Shown here: one piece after another, positions 8,661 through 16,966 of the stretch
How the letters are laid out: every line of letters starts with the position of its first letter
Position numbering within the stretch: the stretch's first letter is position 1
Assembly: GCF_003945235.1 (NCBI RefSeq)
Contig: NZ_RSDW01000001.1
Span: 1,530,001 to 1,562,000 of the forward strand
Reading direction: 5' to 3'
Length of the DNA: 32,000 bases
Source of the DNA: Edaphobacter aggregans
GTDB taxonomy: Bacteria > Acidobacteriota > Terriglobia > Terriglobales > Acidobacteriaceae
The notes under the pieces: model-generated
Told to the model about the DNA's origin: nothing
Seen by the model: only the letters and a program-made list of their open reading frames with translations
Database searches by the model: none
Made by a program: the position numbers and the translations under genes

Positions 8661-10385
8661 ATGGCGCCCAAAAAATCCACTCCTCGTTTTACCGCGCAGA
8701 GCCGCACCGTACTGCCCGGCAGCGAGAAAGCCCCCATCGCAAAAGCAGAAGGCGAAAAGCCCGCGCCGCCAGCCACCAAAATCACCGTGTCTGTCGTTGT
8801 CCGGCGTAAGAATCCCTTGAAGGCAGCGAACACCAGTGGCAAACAACGCCTCACCCGCGCCCAGTACCGCGCCAGCCACGCTGCCGACCCGGCCGCCGTC
8901 AAACTCGTCCGTGCCTTCGCCAAGGAGTTCGGCCTCACCGTCGAACCCGGCACACCCGCGCCCGGACACCGCAACGTCAAACTCACCGGCACCGTCGCCA
9001 ACATGCAGAAAGCCTTCGGTGTCTCTCTTATGCACAAGACCCTCGAGGGCGTAACCTACCGCGTCCGCGAAGGCAGCATCGATCTCCCAACCGAACTCGA
9101 AGGCTACGTCGTCGCCGTCCTCGGCCTCGACAACCGTCCGCAAGCCGTGCCCCACTTTCGCATCCTCGGCGAAGAGGGTGCCGTTACCGCTCGCGCAGCC
9201 CAGGGCGAAGGCTTCGCCAGCCCTCACGCAGGCGGCGCCGTCTCTTACACCCCGGTCCAGGTCGGCCAGCTCTACGGATTCCCGCAAGGCATCACCGCGG
9301 CCAACCAAACCATCGGCATCATCGAGCTCGGCGGCGGCTTCCGCCAAACCGACATCACCACCTACTTCAAAGCCCTCGGCCAAAAAACCCCAAAGGTAAT
9401 CGCCGTCTCCATCGACAAGGGAAAGAACAACCCCACCAACGCCAACAGCGCCGACGGTGAGGTCATGCTCGACATCGAAGTCGCCGCCGCCGTCGCCCAG
9501 GGAGCCCGCATCGTCGTCTACTTTGCTCCCAACACCGACCAGGGCTTCATCGACGCCATCGCTCACGCCGTCCACGACAGCACCTACAATCCCAGCGTCA
9601 TCTCCATCTCTTGGGGAGCCGCCGAAGTCAACTGGACAACCCAGGCCATGAACGCGCTCGACGCTGCCTGCCAGTCCGCTGCCGCCCTCGGCATCACCAT
9701 CACCGTAGCCTCCGGCGACAACGGCTCCTCCGACTCTGTCAACGATGGCAAAAACCACGTCGACTTCCCCGCTTCCAGCCCTCACGTCCTCGGCTGTGGC
9801 GGAACCAACCTCCAGGGAAGCGGCTCCACCATCACCGCCGAGACCGTCTGGAACGCCCAGCCTCAGGGCGGAGCGACCGGCGGCGGCGTCAGCAATTTCT
9901 TCCCCTTACCCTCCTGGCAGTCCGGCGCCGGAGTCCCCAAACCCACCAACTCAGCCGGAGGCCGTGGCGTTCCCGACGTAGCCGGTGACGCCGACCCTGC
10001 CAGCGGCTACAACGTCCGCGTCGATGGCCAAAACCTTGTCATCGGAGGCACCAGCGCCGTCGCTCCTCTCTGGGCAGGTCTCATCGCCATAGCCAACCAG
10101 CAGAACGGCAAATCCGCTGGCTTCATCCAACCCGCCATTTACGCCGCCAAAGGCAAAGTCGCCTTCCACGACATCACCCAGGGCAACAACGGCAGCTTCA
10201 AAGCTGGCCCGGGCTGGGACGCCTGCACCGGTCTCGGCTCCCCCGTCGCACCGAAACTCATCAGCACGGTCAAACCCGCGGGAGCACCGGCTGCAGCCGC
10301 CAAACCGAAGAAAGCCGCCAAGAAGAAGGCAGTAAAGGCTAAGAAGAAGTCCTCAAGAGCTCTCGTGGTCAACAAGTTAAGGTGA
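8661..10385 (+). CDS. S53 (sedolisin/kumamolisin-type) serine-carboxyl peptidase with pro-domain and Lys/Ala-rich C-terminal tail
   Basis: GGAGGA at 8650-8655 precedes the ATG. A pro-kumamolisin-like N-terminal region is present (VLPGSEK...ITVSVVVRRKN). Catalytic-region motifs: GEVMLDIEV (Glu/Asp), ASGDNGS (oxyanion Asp), GGTSAVAPLWAGL (Ser). The tail is KPAGAPAAAAKPKKAAKKKAVKAKKK. Confidence 0.9.
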   Translation: MAPKKSTPRFTAQSRTVLPGSEKAPIAKAEGEKPAPPATKITVSVVVRRKNPLKAANTSGKQRLTRAQYRASHAADPAAVKLVRAFAKEFGLTVEPGTPAPGHRNVKLTGTVANMQKAFGVSLMHKTLEGVTYRVREGSIDLPTELEGYVVAVLGLDNRPQAVPHFRILGEEGAVTARAAQGEGFASPHAGGAVSYTPVQVGQLYGFPQGITAANQTIGIIELGGGFRQTDITTYFKALGQKTPKVIAVSIDKGKNNPTNANSADGEVMLDIEVAAAVAQGARIVVYFAPNTDQGFIDAIAHAVHDSTYNPSVISISWGAAEVNWTTQAMNALDAACQSAAALGITITVASGDNGSSDSVNDGKNHVDFPASSPHVLGCGGTNLQGSGSTITAETVWNAQPQGGATGGGVSNFFPLPSWQSGAGVPKPTNSAGGRGVPDVAGDADPASGYNVRVDGQNLVIGGTSAVAPLWAGLIAIANQQNGKSAGFIQPAIYAAKGKVAFHDITQGNNGSFKAGPGWDACTGLGSPVAPKLISTVKPAGAPAAAAKPKKAAKKKAVKAKKKSSRALVVNKLR

Positions 10386-10434
10386 AACCCACCTGACCTG
10401 AAGCCAAATTCGTTCTATCCTTGTCCAACATCTA

Positions 10435-12738
10435 ATGACCAACCCTCATCAGATCGTTGGCCAATCCCCCCTACGCAAAGAGGGCGCGGCTAAAGTTCTG
10501 GGCCGCGCCCAGTACGTTGACGACATCACCCTCCCCGGCATGTGGTACGGAGCCACCGTCCGCAGCACCATCCCACGCGGCCGCATCTCCTCCATCAAAC
10601 TCGACCCATCCTTCCCCTGGCACGAATACACCATCGTCTCCGCCGCCGACATCCCCGGCGAGAACACCATTGTCCACCTCACCAAAGACCACCCCTGCCT
10701 CGCCACCACTCACGTCAACCACGACTCCGAACCCATCCTCCTCCTCGCCCACCCAGACAAAGCCGCACTCCCCCCCGCCGTAGCCGCCGTCCACATCGCC
10801 TACGAAGTGCTGCCGGCCATCTACACCATCGAAGAATCCGAGCAACAAAAAGAGATCATCTGGGGCGAAGACAACACTTTCAAGACGTACCTCATGCAGA
10901 AGGACCGGCAGCCCATCCCCGACGAGATCTGGCAACAAGCCGACTTCATCGTCGAAGGCGAGTACCGCACGGGGGCCCAAGAACAGCTCTACATAGAAAA
11001 TAACGGCGTCATAGCCGAGTATTCCGAAACCGAAGGCGTAACGGTAAGAGGCTCCATGCAGTGTCCCTTCTACCTCGTCCACGCCCTTACCCTCGTCTTC
11101 AACCTCCCACCTGAAAAGTGCCGCGTCATCCAGACCGAAACCGGCGGAGCCTTCGGCGGCAAAGAAGACTTCCCCTCCGTCATAGGCAGCCACGCCGCAC
11201 TGCTCGCCATGAAGTCCGGCCACCCCGTAAAAATCTGCTACGACCGCGCCGAGGACATGGCCGCTACCACTAAGCGCCACCCCTCCCGCACCCGCCACAG
11301 GACAGCAGTATCGAAAGACGGCAAACTCCTCGCCGGCGAGATCGACTTCGCCATCGACGGCGGAGCCTACGCTACCCTCTCCCCCGTCGTCCTCTCGCGC
11401 GGAACCATCCACGCCCCCGGCCCCTACCACTGGCCCCACCTCACCGTCCGCGCCAAAGCTATGGCCACCAACATCCCGCCCCACGGAGCCTTCCGCGGCT
11501 TCGGCGCTCCACAAAGCATCTTCGCCCTCGAGCGCCACATGGACAAGATCGCCAAAGTCGTAGGCCTCACCCCCGAAGAACTCCGCCGGCGCAATTTCCT
11601 CACCACCGGCGACCGCACGGCCACAGGCCAACTCCTCTCCGACCCCATAGACATGCAGCACCTCCTTACCCGAGCCCTCAAAGAATCCAACTACCACGCC
11701 AAACACGCCCAGTTCGAACGCGAAAACCCCACCAGCACCATCAAGCGAGGCATAGGCTTCGCCACCTTCTTCCACGGAGCGGGCTTCACCGGCTCAGGCG
11801 AACGCCGCCTAGCCTCCGAAGTCGCCATCGACATCACCCCCGAAGGCCGTCCCCGCCTCCTCGTCTCCTCCACCGAGTTCGGTCAGGGCACCAACACCAT
11901 CCTCTGCCAGGTAGCCGCCCAAACCCTCGCACTCCCCTACGAAGAAGTCCTCATCGCCCAACCCGACACCGCCCACGTCCCCAACTCCGGCCCCACAGTA
12001 GCCAGCCGAACCGCCATGATCGTCGGCAAACTAGTCGAGCGCGCCTCCATCCAACTCCTCGAAAAACTCCGCACCGAAGCCGCGCTCCCCACCCCGCACA
12101 CCGCCGCCAACTTCAAACAAGCCGCCCTCCGCTACACCCAACAAACAGGCAACCTCGAAGTCTGCGTCCGCTACGAAGCCCCCGGCGACATCTTCTGGGA
12201 CGACGACACCTACAGCGGCGACGCCTACCCCGCCTACGCCTGGGCCGTCTACGTAGCCGAGGTCGCCGTCGACACCACCACCTACACCGCCACCGTCACC
12301 GACTTCCACGCCCTGCAAGAAGTCGGCCGCGTCCTCCACCCCATCCTCGCCGCCGGACAGGTCGAAGGCGGCGTCGCGCAAGCCATCGGTTACGCCCTCT
12401 ACGAAAAGTGCATCTGGCAAAACGGCCACCTAGCCAACAACCAGATGACCAACTACATCATGCCCACCAGCGCCGACCTCCCACCCATCCACGTCCACTT
12501 CGAAGAAACCCCATGCCACCACGGCCCCGGCGGCGCTAAAGGCATCGGCGAGCTCCCCATGGACGGCCCCGCCCCCGCCATCCTAAACGCCATCGAGCAA
12601 GCCACCAACATAGCCTTCACCGAAATCCCCCTCCTCCCCGAAGACATCTTCGAGCGCATGACCCGCACCCCCGCCTCCGGCACCGAATCCCTCGACCCCA
12701 CCATAGCCGGCCCCATCTTCAGCGAGACCACCGCATGA
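10435..12738 (+). CDS. Xanthine dehydrogenase/aldehyde oxidase family, molybdopterin-binding large subunit
   Basis: 767 aa. The N-terminal GQSPLRKEGAAKVLGRAQYVDDI and the later GGAFGGKE, FRGFGAPQ and GIGELP-type motifs are characteristic of CoxL/XdhB/PaoC-type subunits. Confidence 0.9.
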   Translation: MTNPHQIVGQSPLRKEGAAKVLGRAQYVDDITLPGMWYGATVRSTIPRGRISSIKLDPSFPWHEYTIVSAADIPGENTIVHLTKDHPCLATTHVNHDSEPILLLAHPDKAALPPAVAAVHIAYEVLPAIYTIEESEQQKEIIWGEDNTFKTYLMQKDRQPIPDEIWQQADFIVEGEYRTGAQEQLYIENNGVIAEYSETEGVTVRGSMQCPFYLVHALTLVFNLPPEKCRVIQTETGGAFGGKEDFPSVIGSHAALLAMKSGHPVKICYDRAEDMAATTKRHPSRTRHRTAVSKDGKLLAGEIDFAIDGGAYATLSPVVLSRGTIHAPGPYHWPHLTVRAKAMATNIPPHGAFRGFGAPQSIFALERHMDKIAKVVGLTPEELRRRNFLTTGDRTATGQLLSDPIDMQHLLTRALKESNYHAKHAQFERENPTSTIKRGIGFATFFHGAGFTGSGERRLASEVAIDITPEGRPRLLVSSTEFGQGTNTILCQVAAQTLALPYEEVLIAQPDTAHVPNSGPTVASRTAMIVGKLVERASIQLLEKLRTEAALPTPHTAANFKQAALRYTQQTGNLEVCVRYEAPGDIFWDDDTYSGDAYPAYAWAVYVAEVAVDTTTYTATVTDFHALQEVGRVLHPILAAGQVEGGVAQAIGYALYEKCIWQNGHLANNQMTNYIMPTSADLPPIHVHFEETPCHHGPGGAKGIGELPMDGPAPAILNAIEQATNIAFTEIPLLPEDIFERMTRTPASGTESLDPTIAGPIFSETTA

Positions 12739-12753
12739 CCCAGGCAATTCAAT

Positions 12754-13023
12754 CTAGCTCGCTGGTCTTAAGAGCTTCGAAACACCAGCCACTACAAGTT
12801 CATACAACCCAGCGGCGATCAATGCCACGATTACACCACCTACGATGTTAGCCAATAAAGGCGTCGGATGAGCCATAAAGCGATCAAAACGCAAGCCCTC
12901 ATAATTTAGAAAGGCAGGTCGACCCAATCCGTTCCACTTCAAATAACCGCGGTGATTATAAAGACCGACTAAGACTCCAAAAAGTGCAGCGGTTCCAGCT
13001 CTAACAATTAGCTTTTTTTGCAT
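12754..13023 (-). CDS. Small (89 aa) two-TM membrane protein of unknown function, antisense between the xdh-family subunit genes
   Basis: ATG at 13023 gives MQKKLIVRAGTAALFGVLVGLY...LLANIVGGVIVALIAAGLYELVVAGV. The ORF-track start at 13101 would overlap the next gene. The ORF lies in a roughly 315-bp low-GC patch: hand counts gave 48% and 42% GC in two 60-nt samples, against about 60% or more in the flanks. T-ending codons are unlike the host pattern. No strong SD. Confidence 0.5.
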   Translation of the reverse strand: MQKKLIVRAGTAALFGVLVGLYNHRGYLKWNGLGRPAFLNYEGLRFDRFMAHPTPLLANIVGGVIVALIAAGLYELVVAGVSKLLRPAS

Positions 13024-13068
13024 ACGTAGCACTCTATCAGAGCACTTTCTCCAACAGCCGAGTTCATA

Positions 13069-13539
13069 ATGACCCAGATCCAACTCACCATCAACGGCCA
13101 CACAAAAACCATCGAAGCTCCACCGATGAAGCGCCTACTCGACGTCCTCCGCGAAGACCTCTACCTAACCGGAGCCAAAGAAGGCTGCGGAGAAGGCGAA
13201 TGCGGAGCCTGTGCCGTCCTCCTCAACGGAGACCTCGTGAACTCCTGCCTCATCCCCGTCCTCCAAGCCGAAGGCGCCGAAATCACCACCATCGAAGGCC
13301 TCGCAATCGACAAAAAACTCCACCCCATCCAACAATGCTTCCTCGAAAACGGTGGAGCCCAGTGCGGAATCTGCACCCCCGGGATGATTCTCGCCACACA
13401 CCATCTCCTCGACAAACATCCGCAACCGACACTGTTACAAATTCAGGAAGGCCTCTCCGGAAACCTCTGCCGCTGCACCGGTTACATGCGCATCTTCAAC
13501 GCAGTCGAGGCCGCAGCGCTCACTGGGGCCGCAAAATAA
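13069..13539 (+). CDS. Xanthine dehydrogenase family, [2Fe-2S]-binding small subunit
   Basis: CGEGECGACAV (plant-type ferredoxin cluster) and CGICTPGM...CRCTGY (second cluster). 156 aa. Confidence 0.92.
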   Translation: MTQIQLTINGHTKTIEAPPMKRLLDVLREDLYLTGAKEGCGEGECGACAVLLNGDLVNSCLIPVLQAEGAEITTIEGLAIDKKLHPIQQCFLENGGAQCGICTPGMILATHHLLDKHPQPTLLQIQEGLSGNLCRCTGYMRIFNAVEAAALTGAAK

Positions 13540-14396
13540 TGCGCTCTAACGTCACCGAATACGACCTCGTCGCCCCCGCCACCCTCGACGCGGCCCTACA
13601 GATCCTCGCCGACTCCCCCGCCCCCTACACCCCCATCGCCGGAGGCACCGAGCTCATGGTCGCCCTCGGAGCCGGCCGTCTCCAACCCCGCAAACTCATC
13701 TCCCTTTGGAACCTCGAAGAACTCCGCTTCATCGAGGTCTCCGGCGACGCCATCACCATCGGCGCCGGCAGCACCTTCACCGACATCCGCAATCACCCTG
13801 TCATTACTGAAGAATTCCCACTCCTCACACAAGCCGCAAGCTGGACCGGCAGCATCGCCAACCAAAACCGCGCCACCATCGGCGGCAACATCGTCAACGC
13901 CAGCCCCGCCGCCGACACCCCACCCGCCCTACTCGCCTACGACGCCGAACTAACCATCGTCTCCTCCAGCGAAGAACGCACCCTCCCCTACCGCGACTTC
14001 CACCTCTCCTACAAAAAGGTCGACCTCGCCCCCAACGAACTCCTCCAAAGCATCACAATATTACGTAACTTTGAAAGTTACAAAACTTACATCCGCAAAG
14101 TAGGAACCCGAAACGCACAAGCCATCTCAAAAGTAGCGATAGCCGCCCTGGCCCGCCTGAAGAAGGGTTCAATCGAAGACATTAGAATCGGCGCAGCCAG
14201 CCTGCGCGAAGTCCCCACCCGCCTCCCACTCACCGAGCAATCCCTCCTCAACAAACGCGTCACGCCCGAAACCATATCCGCTGCCCGCGCAGCCCTCATC
14301 AGCGAATCCAAACCCATCGACGACATCCGCAGCACCGCCAAATACCGCACAGCCATCGCCGCCAAGCTCCTCGAAGAGTTCCTTCAATCGCTGTAG
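13539..14396 (+). CDS. Xanthine dehydrogenase family, FAD-binding (CoxM/XdhA-middle-like) subunit
   Basis: The start ATG overlaps the small-subunit stop (TAATG at 13537-13541). The product begins MRSNVTEYDLVAPATLDAAL and contains IAGGTELM and ATIGGNIVNASPAADT FAD-binding motifs. The upstream part of ORF 13200..14396 is a shadow frame. Confidence 0.88.
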   Translation: MRSNVTEYDLVAPATLDAALQILADSPAPYTPIAGGTELMVALGAGRLQPRKLISLWNLEELRFIEVSGDAITIGAGSTFTDIRNHPVITEEFPLLTQAASWTGSIANQNRATIGGNIVNASPAADTPPALLAYDAELTIVSSSEERTLPYRDFHLSYKKVDLAPNELLQSITILRNFESYKTYIRKVGTRNAQAISKVAIAALARLKKGSIEDIRIGAASLREVPTRLPLTEQSLLNKRVTPETISAARAALISESKPIDDIRSTAKYRTAIAAKLLEEFLQSL

Positions 14397-14490
14397 CCGC
14401 TTCTTGCTTCTGTTGTTGTTGCTCTTGCTGTTGCTCTTGTTCTTGTCATTCTGAGCGAAGCGAAGAACCCCCGCATTTCGCTCGCAGCGC
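14397..14490. repeat. Interspersed intergenic repeat, copy B (TGCTGTTGC-rich tract, then GTCATTCTGAGCGAAGCGAAGAACCCCCGCATTTCGCTC)
   Basis: It has the same core words as copy A at 1955-2030. It contains a hairpin, GAGCGAA (14453-14459) / TTCGCTC (14477-14483). It lies between convergent stops at 14396 and 14500. Confidence 0.7.
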
Positions 14491-14499
14491 CACAAAACC

Positions 14500-15069
14500 T
14501 CAAGAAAGCCCGAGCATCTCCTTAGCCCGTTCCAAATCCCCCACCGTATCCACATCCAACTCCCCATCAGCCAACTCTTCACTTCGAGCCGTCACCAACA
14601 ACTCCCGAGCCCCCTTATCCCCCATCAAAGCCATCAACGCATCAAAATACGTCTTCGGGAAAAAAGCCGGAATCCCATTCCTCCCCGCATATCGTGAAGC
14701 CGTCACCTCAGCCCCCCCAATCAGCCGAGACAGATGCGCAGCCGTCACCGCAGGCATATCGCAAGTCATCACCACACACCCGTCCACACCCTGCAAAGCC
14801 CCAACCCCAACCCCAATCGATCCCCCCATCCCCGAAGCCCAATCCTCATTCACCACAACGCAAGCATCCCCAAGCTCACACTGCAAACGAATCAAATCCG
14901 CAGAAGCCCCTAGCACCACCACCACCGGCCCACACCCAGCCTCACGAGCCACCCTTACCGCCCGCTCCAGCAAATTCTCCGCCCCCAATCGAACCAGTTG
15001 TTTAGGCGAGCCAAGCCGCGAAGATCCCCCAGCAGCCAACACAACCGCCGCAACCTTCACAGAGCACAC
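14500..15069 (-). CDS. mocA: MobA-like NTP transferase (molybdenum cofactor cytidylyltransferase, MocA-like)
   Basis: The N-terminal AAVVLAAGGSSRLGSPKQL nucleotidyltransferase motif. The gene follows xdhC on the same strand. An in-frame GTG at 15060 forms a GTGA overlap with the xdhC stop and is an equally plausible start. Confidence 0.8.
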   Translation of the reverse strand: MCSVKVAAVVLAAGGSSRLGSPKQLVRLGAENLLERAVRVAREAGCGPVVVVLGASADLIRLQCELGDACVVVNEDWASGMGGSIGVGVGALQGVDGCVVMTCDMPAVTAAHLSRLIGGAEVTASRYAGRNGIPAFFPKTYFDALMALMGDKGARELLVTARSEELADGELDVDTVGDLERAKEMLGLS

Positions 15070-16154
15070 TGCGTCTGCAGATACCGCGCAACCCCACCCT
15101 CACTCACCTGCCGAGCCACATCCTCCGCCGTCAACCGCCGCGAAGCCCCCAGTTTCCCCATGCAAACCGCCTGAGCCTCGGCCATCATCGCCAGCGCAAT
15201 CGCCTCCGGACCATCTCCACCCAGATCCAGCCCCACCGGCGCATAGATCCTCTCGCAACACTCCTCAATCGTTCTTCCAATCATCGCCGCCGCTTCGCTC
15301 ACCAACAGCGCACTCCGATGTCGAGCACCCAACACCCCCAAATACCGCGGCCCCACCGGCAACAACGCAGCCAGCATCGCCCGATCCTGCTCATAACTAT
15401 GCGTCATCACCACCACAGCATCCGCACCGCGAATCCCCAACTCCGACACCCCCGAATCCCCCAAAGCAACCACCCGATCCGCATCAGGAAACCGCTCCAC
15501 TCGCGCCAAATGCCCGCGCCCATCCGCCACCGTAACGTCCCACCCCAACAGCGCAGCCATACTCACCACCGGCTTCGCATCATCCCCAGCGCCCAGCACA
15601 AACAATCGCTGCGGCCCTCGCATCTCCTCCACAAACCGTCCTTCATATTTCTCACCCGCGCGAAGCCCAGCCGCACAAGCCAGCTTCTTCTCCCCTAAAC
15701 CCTCACTCGCAAACACCACCACGCCATCGCGCAGCACCACCCGCCGCAAACCCTTCCCATCCCCAGGCAGATACGTCACCACCACCGAATCCCTCCCCGC
15801 AAGCGCCTCCTCCGTCGCATTCATCAGGGCCCTGCACTCCGGAGTATCCGCCGGCTCCAGCAGCAAATCCACCACACCACCACACCCAAGCCCAAACGGA
15901 ACCTCAGCCGTATCATCGAACATCGTCGAGTAGCGCTCCACCACAGCACCCTCCCTCACGATCCACCCGGCCTTGCGAATCACCTCAGCCTCGAGACACC
16001 CCCCACTGATCGTCCCCGCATAAGCCCCATCTGCACCCAACAACAACCGAGCCCCCGGCCGCCGATAACTCGATCCCTCAGCCCGCACCAGCGTCACCAG
16101 CACCGAGGCCCCACCCCGCCGCCAAAGCCGAACGATCTGCCGCCGCTCCATCAT
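15057..16154 (-). CDS. xdhC: XdhC/CoxI-family molybdoenzyme maturation protein
   Basis: 365 aa. The N-terminal XdhC_CoxI-like region (LVTLVRAEGSSYRRPGARLL, ISGGCLE) and C-terminal Rossmann-like region (LFVLGAGDDAKP) fit the family. It sits next to the xdh-family structural genes. Confidence 0.85.
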   Translation of the reverse strand: MMERRQIVRLWRRGGASVLVTLVRAEGSSYRRPGARLLLGADGAYAGTISGGCLEAEVIRKAGWIVREGAVVERYSTMFDDTAEVPFGLGCGGVVDLLLEPADTPECRALMNATEEALAGRDSVVVTYLPGDGKGLRRVVLRDGVVVFASEGLGEKKLACAAGLRAGEKYEGRFVEEMRGPQRLFVLGAGDDAKPVVSMAALLGWDVTVADGRGHLARVERFPDADRVVALGDSGVSELGIRGADAVVVMTHSYEQDRAMLAALLPVGPRYLGVLGARHRSALLVSEAAAMIGRTIEECCERIYAPVGLDLGGDGPEAIALAMMAEAQAVCMGKLGASRRLTAEDVARQVSEGGVARYLQTQCAL

Positions 16155-16206
16155 CCCCTAAGCCTAATCCTCCACCCCACCCCCATGTCGAGCAACGCGC
16201 AACAAA

Positions 16207-16234
16207 CCACACTTGCCACACTTGCCACACTTTT
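16207..16234. repeat. Tandem 9-mer CCACACTTG x2 plus an imperfect third copy
   Basis: ccacacttg (16207-16215), ccacacttg (16216-16224), ccacactttt (16225-16234). It is in the 116-bp gap between the cysH stop and the xdhC start. Confidence 0.6.
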
Positions 16235-16270
16235 CTCCGCTAACCAACCACCAAAAACCACACGCCAACA

Positions 16271-16966
16271 TCAACTTTTCTCAGAAAAAGTATGAATCCC
16301 ACACTCTAATTTTTTCCCACCCCAGCGCCCACTCCGAGGATCAGCCCCAGCCTCCGGAATCGCTGTGCAAGGCTCACACCCGATACTCGTATACCCCCGA
16401 TCGTAAAGCTCCAACCGAGGAATCCCCTCTGTTTCCGCATACTTAGTCACGCGAGCCCAATCCCAGTCCGCCAGCACGCTCACCTTCTTCATCTGCTTCC
16501 CCGTCGGAGTCCGGTGATCCTCCACCTTCTTCAACCCCGCCCGAGTAGGCGACTGCTCCCGCCGCAACCCCGTAAACCACCAGTCAAACGGCTCCAGCGA
16601 CCGCATCAGCGGCTCCACCTTCCTCACCCTGCAGCACTCCGTAGGCTGCACAATATGCAGCTTTCCAAACTGCCCCTCAAACTCCGCCACCGTAGTCGAA
16701 GGCATTGCATTCACAAGGTTTAGCCCCCACTCCTTCACCATCCGATCCCGATAAGCAATCAGCTCTTTGAAGTGATATCCCGTCTCCAAAAAAATCACCG
16801 GAACATCCCGCAAAAACCTCCTAAGTATATGCAAAACAACCATATCCTCCGTCTGAAAGCTGCTCGTCAAACACACACCCACACCACCCGAGTCGCTCAA
16901 AACCCGCGCCACCAGAGCCTCCGCGGTCATCGCCTCATAATCAACACCAGTCTCAAGCACACTCAC
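16271..16966 (-). CDS. cysH: Adenylylsulfate (APS)/PAPS reductase, thioredoxin-dependent, Fe-S-type
   Basis: PAPS_reduct fold with the C-terminal ECGIH catalytic motif. It has the CC...CxxC pattern (PTECCRVRK, SIGCEPCT) associated with [4Fe-4S] APS-reducing CysH enzymes. It overlaps the cysN stop by 4 nt. Confidence 0.9.
   Translation of the reverse strand: MSVLETGVDYEAMTAEALVARVLSDSGGVGVCLTSSFQTEDMVVLHILRRFLRDVPVIFLETGYHFKELIAYRDRMVKEWGLNLVNAMPSTTVAEFEGQFGKLHIVQPTECCRVRKVEPLMRSLEPFDWWFTGLRREQSPTRAGLKKVEDHRTPTGKQMKKVSVLADWDWARVTKYAETEGIPRLELYDRGYTSIGCEPCTAIPEAGADPRSGRWGGKKLECGIHTFSEKS

Noticed and set aside
8586-9785. 399-aa minus-strand ORF antisense to the S53 peptidase. Similar cases are 10471..11775 (434 aa) antisense to the molybdoenzyme L subunit, and 5763..6566, 6916..7557 and 7947..8399 antisense to the sugar-cluster genes
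   Set aside because: These are typical GC-rich antisense shadow ORFs (G/D/V/A or R/H/P rich). The opposite strand carries clear family motifs in each case.
10386-10434. Possible Moco riboswitch ahead of the molybdoenzyme genes
   Set aside because: The gap is only 49 nt, far shorter than the Moco RNA motif, and shows no extended pairing.
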